Shown one piece after another: positions 15,965-24,804 of a stretch of DNA of 39,519 nt. Position 1 is the first letter of the stretch; every line of letters begins with the position of its first letter. Below the pieces are notes generated by a model. That model made no database searches. It had not been told where the DNA came from and saw only the letters and a program-made list of their open reading frames with translations. This DNA is from a virus (Duplodnaviria > Caudoviricetes). Made by a program: the position numbers and the translations under genes. Location of the stretch: IMG/VR virus record IMGVR_UViG_3300033067_001795, positions 1-39,519 of that record. One strand, written 5' to 3'.

Positions 15965-16077
15965 GCAACGGACACGAGCAAAAGGTTCCCCTGACGAGGC
16001 AGGATCCAAACCCACGACCACCGCGGCCGCCTCAGCCTCAGCCTCCGCCTCCGCCTCCACCGCCCCCGAAGAAGTAA
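15961..16077 (+). CDS. Proline-rich peptide (38 aa)
   Basis: MSNGHEQKVPLTRQDPNPRPPRPPQPQPPPPPPPPPKK; ATGA overlap with the TM gene, SD GAAAGG. Confidence 0.65.
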   Translation: MSNGHEQKVPLTRQDPNPRPPRPPQPQPPPPPPPPPKK

Positions 16078-16078
16078 C

Positions 16079-16336
16079 GTGCCCCGCCGCCGCGAACCCC
16101 CGGTCGGCATCCTCTCGGACCTGGTCCGCCACGAACGCAAGACGGGCGAGCTCCGGCCGGCCGAGGCCGAATACATCGGGCACCGCTCGACGTCGCTCAC
16201 CTGGGTGATCGTCTGGCGAACGGACGCCGGCGCCGTGCTCGAACAGGAGCTCCCGCGGTGGAGAGGCTCGGAGACGACGGCGGCCGAGCGGCGCGCCGCG
16301 TTCACGCTCGTGGTCGACCGGTCGCGCGAGGACTAG
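16079..16336 (+). CDS. Hypothetical protein (85 aa)
   Basis: Starts 2 nt after the peptide stop; shares CTAG stop overlap with the convergent endolysin. Confidence 0.5.
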   Translation: MPRRREPPVGILSDLVRHERKTGELRPAEAEYIGHRSTSLTWVIVWRTDAGAVLEQELPRWRGSETTAAERRAAFTLVVDRSRED

Positions 16337-16755
16337 CGACGTCGCGTGTTCGGGTGCGCCTGGAAGTGCAGATGCGGCCCGGTCCCGTGGGGCGCCGAGT
16401 AGCACACGGGCTTCTCCGGCCGCGTCGGGTCGTAGATCCACCTCGAGCCGATCCAGGCCGTCACGGCCGCGACCATCCCAGGCGTGAGGTTGTGTTGCCG
16501 GCCGTCGACGGCCCGCCACGCCGGGTGGATGAACGACGTCGGCTTGCCCGTCGAGGCGGCGATCGCGGCCTCCTCCGAGAGCGTGCGGTAGATGCTGCCG
16601 AGCTCGAGCGTTCGGCCGAACTCGGCCAAGAGGAACGCGGCCGCGTCGAGAACGATCTCTCGCACGCGGCGATCGAGGCGGCCGTCGTTCCACTCGCGCT
16701 CGATGCGCTTCGAGGCGAACCGGAGAGGCGGGATCGTCACGGCCGTCGTCACCAT
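16333..16755 (-). CDS. Endolysin, peptidase M15-like Zn peptidase (about 140 aa)
   Basis: SIYRT, H-x6-D (HPAWRAVD) and HLH zinc ligands; last gene of the late chain. Confidence 0.78.
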   Translation of the reverse strand: MVTTAVTIPPLRFASKRIEREWNDGRLDRRVREIVLDAAAFLLAEFGRTLELGSIYRTLSEEAAIAASTGKPTSFIHPAWRAVDGRQHNLTPGMVAAVTAWIGSRWIYDPTRPEKPVCYSAPHGTGPHLHFQAHPNTRRR

Positions 16756-17285
16756 AGCGTCGTCCCCCAGTTGAGAGGTTGACCAGCGGCCAGGAGGTCG
16801 CGCGTGTAGAAGTCGAGGGTGACCTTGAACGTGTTCGACGTGAGTCGCTTCGCCCCGCTGCCCATCGGCTCGGGATTCCAGCCGTTCGAGAAGTAGATCC
16901 CGCGCCACGAGCTGCCGCCGTTATTCATGAACATGTTGATCTGCACGGGCGCGAATAGCTCCGACGTGAAAGAGAACGCCACGAGCCCCAGCAACTCAGT
17001 GAAGGCGCTCAGGCCGGATCCGTTCTGGTTCACGTCGCTCAACACGATGCGACCGTTGGCGCGCCAGCCCTGCAGGATCGGCGCTTGGGCGAAGTTCGCG
17101 AACGTCTTCGGACCGTTGACGATCGGTGAGTAGCCCAAGCTGACGCTCTCGAGCACTCCGCCGCCGAGCGAAACGCCGTCGAGGTACATCTGGTCCGCGG
17201 CGAGGACGTACGTTCCAGATACCGGGACGCCGCTGATATTTACCTTGCGGAAGCCAATCGAGAACCGCTGAAGGAAGTTAGCCAT
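16749..17285 (-). CDS. Minor tail protein (possibly distal-tail-like, 178 aa)
   Basis: Beta-rich composition; position after the tail hub; SD GAGGGAG. Confidence 0.55.
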   Translation of the reverse strand: MANFLQRFSIGFRKVNISGVPVSGTYVLAADQMYLDGVSLGGGVLESVSLGYSPIVNGPKTFANFAQAPILQGWRANGRIVLSDVNQNGSGLSAFTELLGLVAFSFTSELFAPVQINMFMNNGGSSWRGIYFSNGWNPEPMGSGAKRLTSNTFKVTLDFYTRDLLAAGQPLNWGTTLW

Positions 17286-17297
17286 CCTGTCTCCCTC

Positions 17298-19760
17298 TCA
17301 CAGTTCGATCCCGTCGACGAGGACGGTGCTTTCCGAAATCTTGTAGCCCACGCCCGTGATCTGGAAGTGCCGGAACGCGCCGTCACAGAACGCGTAAAAC
17401 TCACGGCCGATCTGGTAGAAGCGCCCGTCCCACACATGCTCGATCGCGACGGCGCGTTTCTGTGCGCCGACGTAATTGAACATGTTCTGAGCCAGCGCCT
17501 TCGCGTAGTTCGACGACGGCACGAAGCGGCACTTGAGCACGAGCGCGAAGTTGGTGTTCCGATAGGCCAGGTTCCCCGCCTCGCCGTAGATCGTCGAGTC
17601 CTTCTCGTTCTCGACGCGCACGTAGAGCGCGGTCGCCAGCTGCACCGGCTGCACGCGCATCGAAACCATTCCGGAGTCGTCGATCTGCGAGCTGTTCACG
17701 GTCGCAGGGTTCGCGATGCCGCCGGCGAGACGATCCCGAGTGCGGAAGTAGGTCACGAAGTTCTGTGTGGCGTAGTAGTACGCGTTCACCAGGATCGAGA
17801 GCTGGCCAAGGGCATCCGCACAAGAGAGGCCTTCGAGATCCGCGTACGGAATGACGCCGCTGTAGCTCTTCGAGACGTACACGATCGTCGTTCCGATCAC
17901 GGCGAGCATCGGCTTCGGCCCGCTCGTCGTGGCCGGGTCGCGCCAGACAAACAAGTCGACGTAGGGCGGCTCCGGAATCCGGCCGTCCGGGCCGGGGCCG
18001 GGATACTCCCAGATCAGCGCGGGCGGATAGCTCGGATCGAAGGTGAGCGTCTCGTCGGCGTAGCTCTGCAGGTAGAGCCCGACGCCGGGCACGCTGTTCA
18101 GCATGTAGAACCGGCCGTCTCCGCTGTTCTTCTTGCACGTGTGGGGCTGTGGGCCGGCCCGGCCCGTCGAGGACTCTGGCACGGCCTCGAAGAACGGTGA
18201 CGCCACGAGGGTCACGCCAACGCCGGGATTCGACGCCGCGAAGATGCCCAGCCGCGGGACGTTGCCGAGTAGCGAGTCGATCCGCCAGATCGCGAAGCGC
18301 GAGGTCGTGAGGAACGTGACGCGGCCGTGTGCGTTAGCGCCTCCGAGGCCTCGCGTCACGACGCCAGCGGGCGTCATTCCCGAGAGCTGGAACGTGATCG
18401 GTGCGCCAGGCACGCCGCCCACCGTGAGGTCGGAGAAGTAAACGTTGCCGTTGCGCGGGTCGACGTCGATACCCAGGAAGTCCTCGAAGGCGATCAGGTC
18501 GGTGCTTGTCGTGGAGCCTTCACCAACCCAGATTTGAACCTCAGAGCCCCAGCTGTAGGTGTTCCCGACGCTCGTCTCCTTGAGGATCCGAACCGACCAG
18601 TTGAACGGCGGCTGCCCGTCGTTCACGGTCGTGTTGATGTTCACCTCGAGGATGTACCGCTGGTATGGGCTCGTGAGCTTGCTGAAGTCGTACGCGTAGT
18701 AGCGAAAGGTGAGGTCGTCTCCGTGCGCTGGGAAGTCGCCGGAGATGTTTCTCTGAAACGACTGTCGATAGCCGTAGAAGTCGAAGTTCGCGCCGTAGTT
18801 TGTCGCGTCGATCTGTGGCGTCTTGATCCCCGAGAACACCAGGGACCATCCGCTCGTCGGGTTCAGCGCGCCGTAAATCCCCGTCGTCGTCACGGCCCAG
18901 ATCGAGGCGGCGAAATTCGCAGGCGTCCCGTAGTCGATCGAGGGTCCGATGCCAAGGAGCGTCCCGAAGAGGCCCGTCCCGACGACAGGACTCGCGAACA
19001 CCTTGCCGACGTCTGGCAGGGGCCCGGTGTCAATCGTCGGGAGGTTCAGGCCGCCGGTGGCGAAGAGCGAGTTCACCATGTCGGTGAGCTTCACGTTCCG
19101 GCGGTACGGCGTGAGGAGCTGCACCTCGGAGCCGGCCCCGTACGTGCGCTCGCGCGGGAGCTCGAGCTCGAGCGTCCAGCTCGGGAACGGTGCGGTCGGT
19201 GTGTCCGGGAAGAGCTTCGCGATCTTGACCGTCTCGCCGCGCGAGCCCCCCGCCACGATCTGCAGCTCGTCGCCTACCTCGAAGTCACACGTGTTCGGGC
19301 TCGACGCGTTGTTGATCCGGAGGATGCGGGGATTCGGCGGCGCCTCGAGGACGTACCAGACGCCGGGCGTGCGCTTGAAGAGGCCACTCGCGTCGACGCT
19401 GAGCCCCTGCACGTAGCCGACTGCGGTGAACGAGAACTCGCCGGAGCGCTCGTCGAACTGCAACGTGTTCGGCAGGATGTAGCCGTAGAAGCACCTCGAG
19501 AGAGCGGAGCCGAAGTCGATCTCGAGCATGAAGTCTTTCGAGGCCGGGCCGATGCCCGCGAAGAGATTCCGGATCGTGTTACCCGGCGGTCGCTCGATGC
19601 CTTTCAGCGTCACGTCGCTCGCCGTGAACGTGTTCACCTCGCCCCACTTCTCGATCGTGTCGGTGACGCTCGGGCTGTCTTCGATGAGGATGTAGCTCGT
19701 GATGTTAAGCGGGGCGTTCAGCGGCTTGGTCACTCGGATGACCGGTTTCATGGCGGGCAC
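17298..19760 (-). CDS. Tail tip/hub protein with an inserted beta-rich domain (820 aa)
   Basis: Directly after the tape measure; DLEGLSCADALGQLS hub-like segment; propeller-like GIDVDPRNGNVYFSD. Confidence 0.65.
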   Translation of the reverse strand: MPAMKPVIRVTKPLNAPLNITSYILIEDSPSVTDTIEKWGEVNTFTASDVTLKGIERPPGNTIRNLFAGIGPASKDFMLEIDFGSALSRCFYGYILPNTLQFDERSGEFSFTAVGYVQGLSVDASGLFKRTPGVWYVLEAPPNPRILRINNASSPNTCDFEVGDELQIVAGGSRGETVKIAKLFPDTPTAPFPSWTLELELPRERTYGAGSEVQLLTPYRRNVKLTDMVNSLFATGGLNLPTIDTGPLPDVGKVFASPVVGTGLFGTLLGIGPSIDYGTPANFAASIWAVTTTGIYGALNPTSGWSLVFSGIKTPQIDATNYGANFDFYGYRQSFQRNISGDFPAHGDDLTFRYYAYDFSKLTSPYQRYILEVNINTTVNDGQPPFNWSVRILKETSVGNTYSWGSEVQIWVGEGSTTSTDLIAFEDFLGIDVDPRNGNVYFSDLTVGGVPGAPITFQLSGMTPAGVVTRGLGGANAHGRVTFLTTSRFAIWRIDSLLGNVPRLGIFAASNPGVGVTLVASPFFEAVPESSTGRAGPQPHTCKKNSGDGRFYMLNSVPGVGLYLQSYADETLTFDPSYPPALIWEYPGPGPDGRIPEPPYVDLFVWRDPATTSGPKPMLAVIGTTIVYVSKSYSGVIPYADLEGLSCADALGQLSILVNAYYYATQNFVTYFRTRDRLAGGIANPATVNSSQIDDSGMVSMRVQPVQLATALYVRVENEKDSTIYGEAGNLAYRNTNFALVLKCRFVPSSNYAKALAQNMFNYVGAQKRAVAIEHVWDGRFYQIGREFYAFCDGAFRHFQITGVGYKISESTVLVDGIEL

Positions 19761-19763
19761 GGG

Positions 19764-21755
19764 TTAGGCCCTCCTCGAGAGGATCCGGCCGTCGTCGACC
19801 TGGCGGCCGACGCTGTCGAGCGTGCGGCGGAGCTGCTTTCCCTGCTCGACGCTGTGCACGTCGAGGACGCCGGGCAGCGAGAACTCGAGGTTGTAGTGCC
19901 TGCTTTGGTCGACGGTCGAACTGTTCGAAACGGTCGAAGAGTTGCGCCCGCCCGTGAGGCCCGCGGCCCATCCGGCCGACACGCCCGACGTCCACTCCCG
20001 CACCATGTCGCGTGCCCAGCGCGCGCCGCCCATGCGCGCGGCCGCGTCGTTCGAGGGATCGTCGAAGCCGCGGCCCGTGGTCGACGGCCCGCCGCCCGAG
20101 CCGCTCCTGGGGTTCGTGCTCGAGATCTTCGCGACCTGGGCCAGGCCGGCCGCGATGACGACGGCGGCCAGGATGGTGCCGTAGATGCCGCCCTGGGCGA
20201 GCGCCTTGCTCGCCCCCTCGTACGTGTTCACGATGGCCTGGGCGATCGCGATCTCCTTGTGATCCCCGAAGATCGCCGCGGCCGCGCCGAGGGCTGTGTT
20301 TGCAACGGTGAGAATCTGTTCCTGCTCGGCCGCGGCGGTAGCCTCGCCCAGGAGGATCCGCTCCCGTGCGTAGCGCTCGCGCACGGCGGCGATCGTCGCC
20401 TCGCTCGAGATCTTGTCGTCGAGGAGCTTCTGGAGGGCAACCCGTTCCTGTGCGTCGATCGACTGCATCTGCGCCACGTGCTGAGCCTGCAGGCCCACTG
20501 CCGTTTCCGAGCGCCCACGGGCGATCTCCGCCCAGAACTTTCCCAGGTTGCTAAGCACCTGCTGAGCGGTCTCTGCGGACTTCTGGCCCGCGGCTCGCTC
20601 GGCTTCAAGTTCCTTTTCCTTCCGAGAAAGCAGGGCCTTGTGCCAACGCTCGTAAACGTCCTGTGCGGCCTTCTCAAGCGCGAGCTTGGCGGCGATCGCC
20701 TCCTTCTCCTTGTCCCCGATCTCGCTGAGGTTCCCCAGCGCCAAGCCCTTCACGCCTTCGTAACCGAGCTTGATCTTGGCGTTGGCGTCGGAGTAGCGCT
20801 TCTCCTGCTTCGTGAGGAGATCGTCCCAACCCTTCGCGATCCGTTCCCGCACTACGCGCCCCTCGGTGTCGATCCCAGCCAGGTGCCCGCGGGCCGCCGC
20901 GAAGTCGCCGGTGAAGTAGGCCTTGGCCGCGCTCCCTAGTTTCTTCAGCTGCTGCCATGCCCAGTCGGCATTGTCGACAATGGAGTGATATGCGAACGAA
21001 GCGATGTCGAGGACGCTCGCGAAGCCCTGACCCATCATCAACAGCACGGGCATGAGCTTCTCGACCAGCGCGTTCCGCAGGTCCTCCCACTGTCCCTTAA
21101 GCTTCGCCACCTGAACGGCCGCGCCGCTCGCGCTTGAGGCGGATCCGCCGAACTTTTTTTCGAGTGCCTCTAGCGCCTCTTGGGCTTGCTTCTTTTTGGA
21201 CAGGCTTTGATCGATGACGATCCCGTATTTCTTCAGGCCCTCGGTGCTTCCGGACATGGCCTTGGTAACGAGGTCGTTTGCCTCCTCCATGCTCATAAGG
21301 CCACCCACGTGAACGTCGGCGGCGAGGCGCGAGGCCGCGAGGGCCTTGTCGATATTGCCCAGCGCTTGGTAGTGCCGAATCATCGCCGGAATGCTCACGG
21401 AATCGTCGATCCCGGCGGCCTGCTTCATCGCATCGGCCAAACCGGTGACCTTCGCTTTCACTTCATCCTGGGAGTCTCCGAGGCGCGTCGCCGTTTGCGC
21501 CAGGGCATTCATGCTCTGCTCCTGCTTTGCGACGGCCTCAAATCCCTCCTTGAACTGCTGGATCGCCACGGCCACGCCAGCGAGCCCCGCGAAGGCGTTC
21601 ACCATTTCCCGAACGCCCGGCGCGCTCTTCTTGCCGGCGCGTCCTACCTTGTCGATTCCTTCCTCTACGTCTTTCAGCCCGCGGACAGCCTTCGCCGTGC
21701 CCGTGTCGCCGAACGTCGAGCGAATCGGCAGGTCGACGCCGAGTTCAGTCGCCAT
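19764..21755 (-). CDS. Tail tape measure protein (663 aa)
   Basis: Ala/Lys-rich helical protein; C-terminal AIAQAIVNTYEGASKALAQGG...AAGLAQVAKI; position after chaperone. Confidence 0.88.
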   Translation of the reverse strand: MATELGVDLPIRSTFGDTGTAKAVRGLKDVEEGIDKVGRAGKKSAPGVREMVNAFAGLAGVAVAIQQFKEGFEAVAKQEQSMNALAQTATRLGDSQDEVKAKVTGLADAMKQAAGIDDSVSIPAMIRHYQALGNIDKALAASRLAADVHVGGLMSMEEANDLVTKAMSGSTEGLKKYGIVIDQSLSKKKQAQEALEALEKKFGGSASSASGAAVQVAKLKGQWEDLRNALVEKLMPVLLMMGQGFASVLDIASFAYHSIVDNADWAWQQLKKLGSAAKAYFTGDFAAARGHLAGIDTEGRVVRERIAKGWDDLLTKQEKRYSDANAKIKLGYEGVKGLALGNLSEIGDKEKEAIAAKLALEKAAQDVYERWHKALLSRKEKELEAERAAGQKSAETAQQVLSNLGKFWAEIARGRSETAVGLQAQHVAQMQSIDAQERVALQKLLDDKISSEATIAAVRERYARERILLGEATAAAEQEQILTVANTALGAAAAIFGDHKEIAIAQAIVNTYEGASKALAQGGIYGTILAAVVIAAGLAQVAKISSTNPRSGSGGGPSTTGRGFDDPSNDAAARMGGARWARDMVREWTSGVSAGWAAGLTGGRNSSTVSNSSTVDQSRHYNLEFSLPGVLDVHSVEQGKQLRRTLDSVGRQVDDGRILSRRA

Positions 21756-22464
21756 CCGGCGCCACCTGCGACCGCACGTCGGCGGCCCGCATGAGGTCGG
21801 CCAGGCGCGCGACGCGCTCCGGGTCCTTCACGCGCCCCATAGAACCGGGCAGTGCTTCGGCCTCCAGGCTCTCAGCGACGTCCGAGACGTGGGCCGAGAC
21901 TCCGTGGCCGGCTTCGCCGTCGTACGCCTCAGAGCGGCGCCTGGCGAGGTCGGATGCGCTTTCCATCAGCAAGTAGTAACCCTCCAGCCTCGTGTCGAGG
22001 AGCTTCTCGGGGGTGTAGCCGGGCGCGATGCCACAGAACGCCAGGTGCGAGACCATCACCTCTTGCGCGCCGGCTTTCTCGCGTGCGGCCTCGGGCCCTC
22101 CGGCCGCCTCGTCGATCCCACAGGCGTCGGCGATCCAGGCCCAGTCGTGCCCGTTGTAGAGCGCGAGGTAGGCGTCCGCCCAGGTCACGACGGTCGCGTG
22201 CTCGCGCCAGGCCTCCTCGGTAACGGTAGGGATCACAGCGGCCGCGAGGGGCGCGAACGATTCCATGGGGGGCAGCGTGGGCGAGGCTTGCCCTTCCTGG
22301 GGCGGAGCGAGGAGCGCCGTCTGTAGGGCGGCGAGGTCGCACGCGAGCAGGCGCATCCACCGCCCGAAAGTGAGCGGCGGAATCGAGTGCGTCTCCTCGC
22401 CCAGTCGGATCGAGCCGAGAGGGCGAGGAGAGAACGCCTCGTCGAGAGGGATACGGAGCGGCAC
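21745..22464 (-). CDS. Tail assembly chaperone (putative)
   Basis: Position between tail tube and tape measure; acidic helical; GTG 22464. Confidence 0.6.
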   Translation of the reverse strand: MPLRIPLDEAFSPRPLGSIRLGEETHSIPPLTFGRWMRLLACDLAALQTALLAPPQEGQASPTLPPMESFAPLAAAVIPTVTEEAWREHATVVTWADAYLALYNGHDWAWIADACGIDEAAGGPEAAREKAGAQEVMVSHLAFCGIAPGYTPEKLLDTRLEGYYLLMESASDLARRRSEAYDGEAGHGVSAHVSDVAESLEAEALPGSMGRVKDPERVARLADLMRAADVRSQVAPDGD

Positions 22465-22466
22465 GA

Positions 22467-23045
22467 TCAGCCGTCGATGATCTGACCGACGCAACCTTTC
22501 GACGCGCTCACCGTGATGGACGGATCGGTCAGAGCGTCGAGGACCACTTCCACCATGCTCACTTCGTTCTTGGCGAACTTAATGGGCGAGGCCGAGCGCA
22601 GGACGCAGCGGTAGAGCTGCACGATCGTTGTGCCGCCCACGAGCGGGATGCCGGGCCCCTGGTAGATGACCTGTTTGTAGTTCCGGCTCGTGTCCTCACC
22701 GAACGGCAGGGTGCCGCCCGTCGAGTCCGCGCGGTCGCCCGCGGTCATCGCGGTCGACAAAATCCACGCCCGCTTCACGTTCGCGAGCACCGTGTCGACG
22801 AGCTTGAATTTGATCGTGCATTCCTCCTTGACGGGGAACGCGCCGATCGCGCCGAGGAACTGATCACATTCGATCTTTTCCTGGGAGCGGTTGAAGTGGA
22901 GCTCGACGCCGTCCTGGGTCATGCCGAGCAGCGTGAGCGAAGTTCCGTCGACGCCGGCGGCGACATAGTTGGCCACGTAGAGGCGCCCACAGCCCGTGCG
23001 CGCATACGCGGCGTTTTCGAGGTTCGCGGGGAAGGTCAGGGCCAT
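22467..23045 (-). CDS. Major tail tube protein (192 aa)
   Basis: ATG 23045 with SD AAGGAG; LGMTQDGVELHF...IECDQ pattern; position. Confidence 0.8.
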   Translation of the reverse strand: MALTFPANLENAAYARTGCGRLYVANYVAAGVDGTSLTLLGMTQDGVELHFNRSQEKIECDQFLGAIGAFPVKEECTIKFKLVDTVLANVKRAWILSTAMTAGDRADSTGGTLPFGEDTSRNYKQVIYQGPGIPLVGGTTIVQLYRCVLRSASPIKFAKNEVSMVEVVLDALTDPSITVSASKGCVGQIIDG

Positions 23046-23064
23046 GGTTTCTCCTTCGTTGGGG

Positions 23065-23625
23065 TTACGGGTTGCCGGTAGTGAAGAGGTACGACACTTC
23101 GAGATCGATGACGAGGTATCCGGTGGCCTGGCTGAGATCGGGCTCTGTCCACTGCCGAAGGATGCGGACAGACGTGGCGCCGTGGCGGGAGAGCGGGTCC
23201 TGTTGGTCGACGTCGGCGCCCGTCCACCAGGGCAGCGCCTCGATCGCGGTGACGAGATCGGCACGCAGCGAGTTGAGCGGGCCGCGCACGCCGGAGCTCG
23301 TCGTCGCGTTCTCCTCGATCGCCGCGGCGTACCCGTAGATCTGGACGGGCATCGTCGAGCGGTAGAGCTCCTGGCCGAGCACCTCGAGGGTGTCGGTGTT
23401 GCCCCCGTCGTTCAGGATCTCGACGGCCGGGAGCTCGTCGCGGCCGCGGTCGCCCTCGCGCATGCGGTTGAACACGCGGCCGCCCAGGTCGGTGACGATC
23501 TCGCGCGGGGAGGGCGTGCCGTCCCAGGTCGGGATGACGGTGGCGGATCCGCGCAGCGATTTGCAGACCGCCTCGAGGCGCTGCAGGATCCTCTCGCGCC
23601 GGTCGAGCGGGGCGGGCGTGCTCAC
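23065..23625 (-). CDS. Tail terminator/completion protein
   Basis: RERILQRL...ELPAVEI pattern; directly upstream of the tube gene. Confidence 0.65.
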   Translation of the reverse strand: MSTPAPLDRRERILQRLEAVCKSLRGSATVIPTWDGTPSPREIVTDLGGRVFNRMREGDRGRDELPAVEILNDGGNTDTLEVLGQELYRSTMPVQIYGYAAAIEENATTSSGVRGPLNSLRADLVTAIEALPWWTGADVDQQDPLSRHGATSVRILRQWTEPDLSQATGYLVIDLEVSYLFTTGNP

Positions 23626-24110
23626 GCTTCGCCGCCCCCGTCGAGCGCCTTGGTAACGGCCTTCTCGTGGAAGGCCTGGATCTCCGGCCGGCTCTCGAGC
23701 ATCGCAGGCCGCGCGTGCGGCCGGGCCGGCACCGAGACTTGACGGGCGTGGGCCCGCACGTCGTAGGCCTTCCCGCCCTTGCTCTGTCGCGAGTGGGCAC
23801 GGACGGAGACGGAGCCCTCGAACCCGAACTCGTGGATCGGGTCGTACTCCACAGCGGTCCCGATCCCACCGAGAAAGCCGATCTCGCCGGGGAGCGGCTC
23901 GGGCTGCCGCATCGTCCAGCCGCGGCGGAGGTTGCCGGTCCGCACCTGCAGCACCTGCCCGGACACCTTCTGTTTTACGCGGCGCAGCGCGACGGCCGAG
24001 CTGTTCCGGTTCGCCACCTTCAGCGTCGAGGCCAGGCGCTTCGGGAAGCGCTCGAGAGCGACGCGCACCCGGCGGATTCCGCGCAGGTCGACCGTGTACG
24101 TCAGGTCCAC
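23622..24110 (-). CDS. Neck/tail-completion protein (HK97 gp10-like)
   Basis: RTGNLRR, VEYDPIHEFG, PARPH motifs. Confidence 0.75.
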   Translation of the reverse strand: MDLTYTVDLRGIRRVRVALERFPKRLASTLKVANRNSSAVALRRVKQKVSGQVLQVRTGNLRRGWTMRQPEPLPGEIGFLGGIGTAVEYDPIHEFGFEGSVSVRAHSRQSKGGKAYDVRAHARQVSVPARPHARPAMLESRPEIQAFHEKAVTKALDGGGEA

Positions 24111-24688
24111 TGCACGACTCTCCGGTAGCGCTCGAGCGCGAGCTTCACGAAGGGAGGCATCTCGCGCGTGTAGCTGAGCTGGCCGGCCGCGCCCTTGTTC
24201 GCGCTCGTGAGGCCGACGCGCTCTGCGTCCTTGTAGATCATCGAAGCCCAGACGACGCCGGCGAAGACGAGGTCCTCGGGGGGCTGGCCCGTCTCGGTCG
24301 ACTCGAGGCCCGCGGTGTAGGTCACGAGGACGTTACCGACGCCGCACGCGAAGACACCCGACGTGAGCCGGAGGGCTTCGCCTGAGGCCACGATCGCGGC
24401 CACGGGAGCGGGATAGGCCGGGCTGCCAACGACGTACGCCGTGCCGTTCAGAGAGAGCGAGGAGACGGAAACGATGGGGGCGTGCCGGAGGTACAGAACG
24501 GGCTTGTCGTGCCCGTCGTACGCCTCGGTGTATTCGATGTTCGCGAAGGTGCGGGACGTGTGGTTCTCGATCGCGGCCTGGACGGCCGAGCCGATCGCGG
24601 CCAGCACCTCACCGGCCGACGCGTCGGGCTTCGCGTCGCTCTTGTTCAGATAGGTCCGGATGCGAGCTGCCCAGTCGATCGTCGCCAC
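24101..24688 (-). CDS. Head-tail adaptor/connector protein
   Basis: AIENHTSRTF...EAYDG...PIVSVSS...VTYTAG...PEDL...LERYR; follows the capsid gene. Confidence 0.8.
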   Translation of the reverse strand: MATIDWAARIRTYLNKSDAKPDASAGEVLAAIGSAVQAAIENHTSRTFANIEYTEAYDGHDKPVLYLRHAPIVSVSSLSLNGTAYVVGSPAYPAPVAAIVASGEALRLTSGVFACGVGNVLVTYTAGLESTETGQPPEDLVFAGVVWASMIYKDAERVGLTSANKGAAGQLSYTREMPPFVKLALERYRRVVQWT

Positions 24689-24708
24689 TGTCGTTCCTTC
24701 GCGGGTTG

Positions 24709-24748
24709 AAAAAGGGCCGGGGCTCGTGAGGAGGACGCGAGCCCCGGC
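24709..24748 (-). terminator. Intrinsic terminator after the major capsid gene
   Basis: 11-bp stem GCCGGGGCTCG/CGAGCCCCGGC followed by CCTTTTT on the minus strand. Confidence 0.75.
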
Positions 24749-24804
24749 GGGGTTCTGGGGAGGGGCATCGCCGCGGGCGCTTTACTTCACGCGGCGAAGG
24801 GTGG

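Noticed and set aside
18327-20939. Long plus-strand ORFs (870 aa here; also 29494-31404, 34129-35763, 36843-38363, 25027-26397, 2007-3101)
   Set aside because: Antisense shadows of real minus-strand genes in GC-rich DNA; R/G/A-rich with no motifs
21745-22464. Programmed -1 frameshift in the tail chaperone
   Set aside because: A single ORF spans tube to tape measure and I saw no slippery heptamer
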